Part shown: piece after piece, positions 50,101 through 60,900 of the stretch
Layout: the number at the start of each line of letters is the position of its first letter
Position numbering within the stretch: the first letter of the stretch is position 1
Assembly (NCBI GenBank): GCA_051362555.1
Contig: CM120643.1
Location: forward strand, 14,730,644-14,794,643
Source: Lingula anatina
Lineage: Eukaryota; Animalia; Brachiopoda
Length of the DNA stretch: 64,000 nucleotides
Reading direction: 5' to 3'
Translations under genes and position numbers: made by a program
Notes under the pieces: generated by a model
Told to the model about the DNA's origin: nothing
What the model saw: the letters and a program-made list of their open reading frames with translations, nothing else
The model's database searches: none

Positions 50101-51842
50101 CCACCATGTGTTATCAGAACTGAACCGTCCTCTTGGTACACATGAACAAGTGCAGCCCCCTATCGGTAAAAATGGTGATGATTATAATTATACGACATAG
50201 ATATAATTGACGCAATGTTTTAATTGAAAAGTACCGCCTAATTGTTTATTAAACATGTATCTCGCTCTTTTAAAAAGACAGTTTTATCTTAACAGAATCA
50301 TCATCAGCAACTTGTTATAATTATGATAAGCCACCCACTTCTACAAATATAAGTACACTGTACTTACGTTCTGTAGATGACGATTAGGATAGTTAGTAAT
50401 CGGATATTTGGCAGGAACCAAGGCGATGCCACGCTTCTTCCAACGGTTTTTGCTAAAACAGATTTGGTGCTTGTAATTAATCGTGATGTTTCATTAGATT
50501 TGTAACAACGATACAATGTGTATATTTAGAGTATAAGCTATATCGGGACAAGAACGGTTGTCCTAGATGTAGCTGCTCGACACGAACATCCAAACTTACA
50601 CGCAGACAAACACATGCCTACTGCTTTGTCTTTCTTAGTGGGCAGCCGAGAAAAAAAATTTCCAATAATTTGTTGACAGTAAAATGACCACAAGTGTTAC
50701 GTGAAACTGTAGATGCGAATATTCTCACTACCTGAAGTTATGTAGTCAATATATCCTTTGTTTGACATCCGAATTATAAATTTAGTCACGTTATATTATG
50801 TTATGTTATGCTCAGTAGGGACCGACATGTGAAGTTATCCAATGCCACCTTTAAAAACCGTGATTCATACAAGGGGATAACAAACGGTCAGAGGTAACTT
50901 TTCGGACTTTTAGCAATACAAATGGCCCCAGTTTACAATAACGTCGAATTCGTCACTGAAGCGTGCAATCTTTTCAATTTAACTTGGCCCTGGTCGGAGT
51001 TTGAACGGTGATCGTTGCTGTCACGCCATTCAATGTTTTTACTAACTTTAAGAAACTAGTATTTAGTGTTTGGATATTAATGGGTTGCAAACTAACATAG
51101 GCAAGTACCTTAGTACTTTATCTTAATTTCATATCACCTGTTAAACGCTTCTACTTCTTTTTTACTCGTATGAAATCCATTTTGTTTGATAACCTCAGTC
51201 CAGCAACGTCCTATGTTACAGTTCACCAGGCGATTGCCATTGGGTGTTAGATCATTTTCCTTGTACATATTCACTTCTCTGACCTAAACAATATGGGAAT
51301 GGTACTTAATATTAGTATATTAGGCCTATTCGTTTGAATAATTACGTTTTCACATTTACTGGCAGATTTGGAGAATATAACATGATACCCGTTACCATAA
51401 TTTATGAATTTATTAAAGGCCAGGCGCTAATACTGGATCGTGGACAAAATTGGTTTTATGACAAAAACAAAGGTTAAGTAAGAAAGTCAAATTATGATCC
51501 TTCGGTGATTTCAAAGTAAAGGCACAAACACAATTTAATACATAGTGCGTTTTTCGAGGTTTTTCTTGAACGTACCGTACGTGGTGGGATCTTTAGTTGA
51601 ACAGCGATATCTTCGATTATGTTCTCCATAACCAAAACTGACTGAGGGCTACCAAATCCCCTGAACGCCGTGTTTGAGCGGAGGTTGGTCTTGCACAAGA
51701 CGCCAGTCAGCAGTAGATTTGGAATAAGGTAACAGCTGTCAAATCTGTCTAACGCCTCGCCTAGAACCTGATGAATAAAACACTTTATATGGGGCCTAAT
51801 AGATGAATGAGCGATATGATAACTCACACACGCACACGCACG

Positions 51843-51873
<31 letters not shown>

Positions 51874-52108
51874 ACATTTCAATGTTTCTGCCCCGATTAT
51901 ACAATAAAACACGAGGTATTCTTTAAACTATACCTACGTATGGGGATAAATCGCACACATTGCCAGCGTTTAAATATAGCGTGGCTTCTAGGGCTAGTAA
52001 ACGTCCCCTGCTGTCCACTCCAACCTAAAACAAACATTAATTTCCATTTCTGTTATTATAGTATATATTATAGTAAATTAATGCAACTATTCAAAAAAAA
52101 AAAAAATA

Positions 52109-52162
<54 letters not shown>

Positions 52163-55100
52163 GCTAAGGCAATTCCCTGGAGAACCCCAAACCCCTGGCA
52201 AACACCCTCACCATAAGACCATATCCGCAAACCCTACCCAAATTAAATGAACTTAGATGTAAGACCATTGCAAATAATAATCATGAAAAGCGTTTGATTA
52301 TATCAACATTCCTGCCCACTTAGAAAAATCACTGTCAAGTCAGAACTTCTGTTTGTGTAGTAGCATGTAGAGAATAGGAGGGAGGGTGTGCGGAGGGGGT
52401 TATCGTAGCAGAAATGTGCAAAAGGACTGTCGTAGAATCCACAGAAGTCTATAGAATTACTGTGAAGAACTCGAAAATAATGTATGAGAGAGAGAGACTG
52501 AGAGAGAGTTCCAGTTGAAATATTTAAATATAGTAAGAAATACCTTGTATTTTGCGAGGAAAGGGTGTCTACCTCCTGTTATCAACATGTCTTCATCTCT
52601 ATCCAACATACAACGCACCGGTCTGTTCAACCTGCGCATAACAATCAACAAACGATGAAGCAAAGAACTGTTCTGTTACACAAATAACATCTCTGCACCA
52701 TAAATGTAGAAAAAAGTATTGTTCGAAATAAGGCATGTCGCTCTCACTGAAGCTGCTGTGTAGATAGTGGATTGCACCGAGTTTAGATGATCACGTATGT
52801 ACATTGTCACCATTCCATTGTCACCATTGACTTTGGGTACATTCCAAATGAAACTATCGTTCTAGCCCGCAGGGACTAGATTGCAATCAGCTTAGCAGAT
52901 TATCACGCTTCCCCCTGGTGTTGAGTAGAAAGGAGAAAGGCCGGTGGTTGTACGAGTACATTGGAAACAAGATGAGGCATGTTAATCCGTTAATCTGATT
53001 GCATTTAGCAAGAGTCCACCTGGGGGAGGATCTACCTACGTAGACCGATAGTTTCACTGGGAATGAGCCTTTGGTCTACAATGATGCTTCACCACTAAAC
53101 ATTATGCGAAGCATACTTGATGAAACGTAATGTACCATACAATATATCGTAACAAACTGTTATTTTAATTAAAAGTACTAGTACCTCAGTCACCTAAATC
53201 AAGGGACATTGACTCAACATTTGAAGACTTTTGAAACACATTCCTCTAATTTATATCACGAACTGACAAAAGTTTCAAAACTATTGGAAATGATATGAAA
53301 ATCAAGCTTAAACAATTTGATAACCTTCATGAAATAGGTGGGTGGTCAAATGCGGATGATGCGACATGCCATGCACAACACAGAGGTTTAGTGTATAAAA
53401 CATACCTTAAACCAAGTAATGTGTCTCAATATCGCCTCACTCGTCCTAAGTTAAAGTCCCCAACGTCTGACCGTATGTGAGGTAAAATACTGATGGTGTC
53501 CCGTAAAATGCACATAGTTATACACTTATTTGCTTTTGTTTTGATCACAACAAAAAATGTTCAAAAATGTCCATAAGCTTGGTAGTTGAATCATAAATGA
53601 AAATTATCAAACACACACAAGCCAAAAAACTTTCATAAACTGACATCTATATGAGGGTCCTGGCCGCTACACAAACTAGCGGTCAGTGAGTGTCAACATC
53701 AGCTCACATCAGTCTGATGAAGGCCTACGTCCAGGTTGGTCTTGCCGTAAGCTAACGGTATGGAAGTTTTGGCTTGTGTTTGATAATTTTCATTTCTGAA
53801 AAAAAAAATGCTCGTTTACTTACATTTGTGCAGCAAGGGCGACTGGCAAAAGAACATCGTACAGTTGCTTTCCACCAAAAGCCCCACCTATATAGAATCA
53901 TATTTTTAACTTTGAGTTTTTCAACAAAAAGACGTTCAAGTAATAAGAAAAAATAATCTTCCGCTGCGAAATCGGTTGCAAAACATTCAATACAAGGGAC
54001 ATAGTATGGAAAAATTCAAATATTGACGCGCGCAATAACTTATTATACATTATATTAATTATGAAATATTTTAACATATAAATAGACAAAAGCAATGGTG
54101 AACTATATATTGGTATTTTTATATCTAGATTGTTATTCGATTTTATTCTAAAAGCATACAAAGACAAACTACGCTGTCAGTGTAAATTCTGACATATATT
54201 AAAATTATTTTCACATCCAAAGACATACAATAATCTTTAAACAACGAAAAAATATCCCCAAAACGTTCACAATTTTCTCTTAATCACAAAAATATACCCT
54301 GTTTAAAACTGATAAGAGAATTGGTATATATAAACTTGTGCTAGAGTCGCAAATTATAATTTTTTCTTCTTAACGAAACTAGCGCTTAAATGACAAATTA
54401 GAAAGTTAAAGACAGTTTTATAGAATTAGTAATTTTGTCAACAGACGTGCTAAACCTTGGTGATTTAAAAATACTTGAAAATTTACTAAAGCTATAAAAA
54501 CATTGCATGCCTTAAATGCTAAATTTTTAAAAATTGAGCGAAGAATGGCAGCCATCATGTTACATATAAACTCAGTAAAAGAAGTATTAGCACAAATGTT
54601 TGTCTTGAGATTGTAGATTTGTCTTGAGATTGTGACTGTATTAATTTCCAGTGTCAAAAGTGATTCTTACCCATTCGTTTTGTTCTCACGAGTACTCTGT
54701 TCATCGGTATGCCAAGAGCTCTAGCAACCTCAGCCTTTCGGGAACGTAAGAGGAATGGCATAATTAAAGATCGACGTACTCATCAAATCAGAACAACGTG
54801 TTTGTTTGTGTGTACGTGTGCGTGTGTACCTCATACAATCTTTACATGGAGAAATTATGAACATATTAAAAATGCACTGTTTACAATTCTATTCATACTG
54901 TATGTAGATATTGGATACGTTATATTGTTTTAAAAATAGAACTTGACACCTGATGACAACAAGGGAAGGTGAAAGAAAATAAATCCATACGTCATGAAGA
55001 GCATACAACTGGTACGTATGGGTTTAGCTGTCCTGATTACAAAAAATACACTGCATAATTCTCTTAGTTACCTGGGCATCTGAAGGGCCCTGTATGCCAC

Positions 55101-57932
55101 AAAATATCTCAATTTCTCCATCCTCTCCTCTAGGTACGGCTCTAGCCCCATTCGTCTCCAGATAAAAATGTTCCTGTCCCCCTCCTTTGATCTCCCCTTC
55201 TAAGATGTGCTCAGCCTGCTCAAAGCCATGTGTCGTGTCGCCGGTTTTGATGACATTCTCATGTACAGGGTAATATGACTTTACTTCAATTGCTTCCTAC
55301 AAAAATATTTTTTTTTACTTGAATCGTATAACTTCCATTTCTTTCATAGAAACCATGACCTACTTTGTCGTATTTTTGATTAAATATATTTTTGTCACAT
55401 ATACGACTCCGTCATATTTAGAACTCGAAAACTAACTTACAGGTCGTTATTCTAATTGATTAGAAAGTCTGGTATTTGTTATTTATTTTAACATATGTAT
55501 GCCGGGTGTATTGTTTTCTTATTTATACCTCCATTGTCAACACTGTTGGAAGGTCTTGGTACTCAATTTTCACAGCTTTTGCTGCCCTCTGTGCATTCGT
55601 TTTGGTGTCGGCCACAATGGCTCCTATCACCTGACCATAACTAGTCACCTAGAATAACAACGTCTCATAACTATGTATCAAGGGTTATTAACATGAACAG
55701 CTTCAAATTTTATATTTTTCCACACAAAATATTCTGACCATTAAAATACCACATACGTATACGTTCAATATTTTTAGCCATTAAAAGTAAAGGTGTGCTA
55801 TCCGAACTCACCTCACTACAACATTCAAGATATACTTCGTACAGATGTCTGACTTTCTAATATTGAAATTATTTAATTGTTGCTAGGTTTGAGCCATGAG
55901 ACGTCTTTTAGAACATGTGCCCGTAGGTATTCTCAGTATTTGGACGTTTAGGTCTTTGGGCCTAGGGGTTGCCTCACACAGCAAAGGCAAAAACGGTTCA
56001 TTGATAAATGTTTAAAAGTAGGGAAAGGATACAGGATAGATTTCAAGCAATCTGATGATCTGAACGCGGAATAGCTTACTGCTCAATAAAGTATAAATTA
56101 ATTATAGGAGAAAACCGGTCTATGTAGACAATTGCCCAATGCACAACTTTTCACAATTTCTAGGGTTCATTTTAGTTGTACCAAACAATGCCTTTGGTAC
56201 CTCTTCGGAAGCAAATATCTCCTCTGTTCTGATCTTTGATCCTGGTACATCCTTGTGGCCAAAGAATACCTCACCTCCAGGCAATGCAAGGGCTTCACTA
56301 GTGTCAATTGAGAGGATCTTGGCGTGGGCTCTGGTGCTTGTCACTAATGCCAAGTACAGCTCACCTGTATTATAATGAAAGACACGTTTTGAGAACCTAT
56401 AGAATCAAATCCATATGTGCTTTTAATGACAATGGAATTGATTCGACATCGGGACAGCTGTCCAATTTCACAGTTTAATCGTCGTTGTTTATTTTTTTCC
56501 CAGATGGTTGAGATTATTGCGCTGTTGTTATCGTCTGGTCTTATATTTTAACTTTTCAGCGACTATTTTGTGACTACTAAAACATGTCTTTGAACGTATC
56601 ACAGAATTGTAACATTAATGAAATCATACTGATAATCGCTGGTCAAAAATATTAGTTCCTTTTAGTACCGTTTAAAAATGGCATATCATCGCAATATTGA
56701 GCCTCCCCTGTTGCGTGCTGCATGCTGGCCTTGTGTGGCAATGGGCGCCCAACGACGTCGTATTCTGGTTGTTCAGGGGGCACCTCCTCAAAGACTTGCG
56801 TGCCACGACTTGTCCCACGTGTCAAAGTAAGCGCTGCAGATGCGTACGACTGGGGAATTGTATTGCTCACTTCACCTTTCTAAAGGACAGATGTAACTTG
56901 AGGCATGATTTGCAAACGTATGTGTTCTACGTTAGCATTTTGGTACAAGTTCAAAATGAAGCAAAGTGTATGTGAAATGCGGTAACTACGTGAGACAAGA
57001 CTGTAAATCAGATCAGATTATTAGCATTCTTTTATATTGGAATTCTGTAATATATTATTTTTTCTCATTTTTTCAAGAGTTTGCATTATGTCTAACACTT
57101 GTTTGTGAATTACATTGTATGCTCGCAAGTTTTACAATACATACAATAATAAAAATAGTTAAAGTACCCCATTTCTACACTGCTCTAGGTGTATCTTTAG
57201 GTAGAATTTGAAAAAGAAACATTCAGCCAGTGTCCTCTTGTACGCTACATGACCACCAATGCCATCTGGAGGTGCTGGAAAATCTTCTGCCAGCCATTGG
57301 CTTACATCTGTTAGAAGCTGCTCGTCCCACTTTCTAAAATGAAGTTACTGTAAAATGCATTATCGTGTGATATCTGCGCCATAAAAAAATGGCACAAAGT
57401 TTAAAACAGAGTTTGAAACAGAGTTAAAACTTTTTGGTGTTCTCCTTTGTTCTTCTCCAATTGACTGTACATTTATACATGGTATCTGTATAGACCCCTA
57501 CATGCACCTATCTGTACCTTCCAATTACATTCTTTGCTGTTTTAAGGGCCAATGAAGGGGTTTCAGACATGCCACCAAATGCCAGTGATAGTTCTTTGAT
57601 GACGTCGGTTCCATCTTCAAACAGGACTCTCATCCCAGCATTCACTATGGCTCCTGCATTTTCTCTACGCTGGGTTTGTTTGTAACTGGACACAAATTCG
57701 TTCTAAAACAATTGGAAGCATTTCATGCGCATACTGTGCACATATAACGATACCAGAAATAATGCGACCATTTAATTATTTTTTGTAAACTTTATAATCA
57801 TCCAAAAAGGTAAATAAGGCTGCCTTTATTACTTCCCTGGCCATCATTATGTACGTACTAAAGGTGGGAAAAGGAGAACTCTAGAGACAGGCTGGCGATT
57901 TACAATATCTTATATATATAGCCAAATAAAAC

Positions 57933-57991
<59 letters not shown>

Positions 57992-60900
57992 GGAAACCCT
58001 TCGTACCTCTTTTGAATACGGGATAAAGACAGACAAGATAATCTCATCAGATCCAATGTTCCACTTTTTGCGACTAACGAAAAATGTGTTGTCCATAAGA
58101 GCATCTCTCCGACCACGTTCTAAAAATCAAATTAATATTGTTTGGTAAAATGTGCACAAAATAAGAACAAAATAAGAACATGCAATGGAAACAGAACAAA
58201 ATATGTTTATTATGGCGATGGTAGTATTTTTTATTATGTCAGGATACGTCAAGTAAAGACAAATAGGTAATAATAGTAGGTGCCATATATGCAACTGATG
58301 TTAAATATGGAACCCTGCAATGCTGAGTTTAACAATGACAAATCGAATAATGCCTAATGGATGATGTAAGCCTACAGAGCTTGAACCTCTGAAAACACAC
58401 TGTTGGGGAAGAAGCTCAAAGCCCTAAAGGCAATTAAGACAACATTTGCTTATGTATGCTTTATTGTTTAAAATGACTTTTTACCTTTCGATATCAGGGT
58501 TATCGTAGATCCCGTAGCCATCAAGAGAGGAACGAGGTCGGAATGGTGATGTGCCCACAAAATATTCCCAGCCAACGACTGAAAATGAATCGATAGTTTT
58601 TACTACATGTTTGGGCGATTTGTCCATGCTGTGTTACTGTTACATGTAAAGTCGCGTCTATAGCGTTGTTGAGATACCGTTTGTATCAAGTTATATTAAA
58701 TCAATATCGATGGAGAGATGTAGATATGATGACTTACTAACACACAGGCTCTATACAACGTTTTTTTCTATATATAAGTGAAATACGTAAAAAAAATGTA
58801 CTTATGAACTTACTGCCACATTACGAATCTGTTGCCCTGCGATCCCATAAACAATGTCCTGCATGGTTTTAAAGATCCTTGCTTGACGTTCTGAAAGGGT
58901 ATATTTCTACTTGAAACATAACATTTTAATTTTTCTGCACGTTCGGTGAGAAACATAAGTTTTGGATAAATGTTACGCAGCAATGGTCATGTGCAAACGC
59001 CGTTAATTACAATGAATCATAAAAGCAATTTATTCAAAAACATAATGAAACACAAAAAGTCTGCTAAAGCTATTTGACCATAAACCATTTCTCATCTTAC
59101 ATAACAAAAATATATGCTTCCATTCTTAGGTAGTGAATCTTTTCTTCACCTGGGATATTACTGGCTATTTCAGCAAGAAAATCCCCAAATCTCGCGAGAC
59201 TCACAGCGCCACCTACATGGATCCCCGCGTCATCCTTAACAATTTGTTGCAACTCTGGCACGTGTGTCGCGGCAATCATAACTCGGATATCAGATTTTCC
59301 ATCTTTCAAGTCCAATGCTAGATACAAATATAACAATGACTATTAACATATAGGGAAATTAAAGTTGATGTCTCTAGTCCAAGTTTTTAAGAACTATACA
59401 GTACACTCTATTGAAGCTATACACACCCTTTTGTTTACAAATGAATAAATGTTGGAATTTTAAATTATAAAAAACTTATTATTTAACAAACCTGCTTTTA
59501 CCTGCAGATAAAAAAATGCATAATTTTAATTTTCTTTACATTTGCACCTTTTTGTAATCTATTCATCTGTATTTAAAGATAGACAGTGCATGTTGTTCAA
59601 CAGAAGAAGAAGATAAATTCTATGGCAAACAGGGCTCCGTATCTCGAAAGGTTCGCTATGTTGCGCACAAGCGTTAGTGTCTCGATTCCATAACCGATTA
59701 TATTTCGAGATACGGGGCCATGGAATCGAGACGCACTTGCACGTGCGCAAGTGTCTCGATACCATGGCCCCGTATCTCGAAATAGAATCGGTTATGGAAT
59801 CGAGACACTAACGCTCGTGCGCAACATAGCGAACCTTTCGAGATACGGAGCCCAGGTCTCTTTGGCTGAACCGCAGTTAACGTTATTGCATAATTCTAAT
59901 GCTCTGACTTCTTCACAATATAGAAAAGTGCACATTTCTGTACTCACTCTTCTCCTATCAAAAATTGGCACTGTCGTTTAACAGTCACCAAGTATTCTTT
60001 AATCTTTTATTTAATATGTTTAACCCTACAACTACAATTCAATCAAAACCTTTTTATCTAAATGGCTGGAAAACTTGACAAACGTACCAAGACTTGTGCT
60101 ACCAATGACCAGTCTGGCATCATGGTATTTGTATTTCAATTCCAGAAGCTCCTCCAAACATACTGGTCGAAACCACGTTATCCTTTCGCCCACGAATGTG
60201 AGCAATTTTGACTCTAAGGAATTTGCGAGCTGCAATGTCAAGTATGTAATGCTAGGATATGAAAGCAGTAAGTTTTGCAAAATTCACTCTTTACTTTAAA
60301 GGTATTATCATGTTGTAACATTTGTAACCGTTACTGTTTTATTTCATTCGGACCTATCTATTTCTACGTCTACTGTATTCAAATGTAATTTTGAGTCGAA
60401 TCGTTTATCGATTTGGTTAACGTTGTACTGGATTTTGTGCAATATTTCGAACAGGTAAAGTTGTATTCTTCACAAGGAAATCTGCGAGTCCCGTTATGCT
60501 GATAACTCACATAGTACACTTACATATACTTCATTTAGACAAATATAACATCATTTCATTTTGTTTTTTAATGGTAAAGCAAATCAAGTAAATATGACCT
60601 TTAATTCAGGGGGGAAAATCGGCTCTTGAGTTGAGTCGAAGGGGACATAGTCACGTGACTCAGCACAATCTAATGCAGGTTCGATGGCAGTTGGTTGGTT
60701 TTTGCAGCATTGATCCCCCATTAAGCATGATACGTCTCTACTGAACGTTTTAAACCCGTCCAAGATAGGCCTATAGCCAGTGCACCTACACAGGTTTCCT
60801 AAAGAGATAAAATAGATTTATAGTAAGCATGAACATTCTGTAATAAAATGCAATGCCACCATTGCCTTTCGCCACCGTTATTGCTGTTTATAAACAACTT

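Noticed and set aside
50985-51030. tRNA gene
   Set aside because: Only a B-box-like fragment is present; no cloverleaf can be built.
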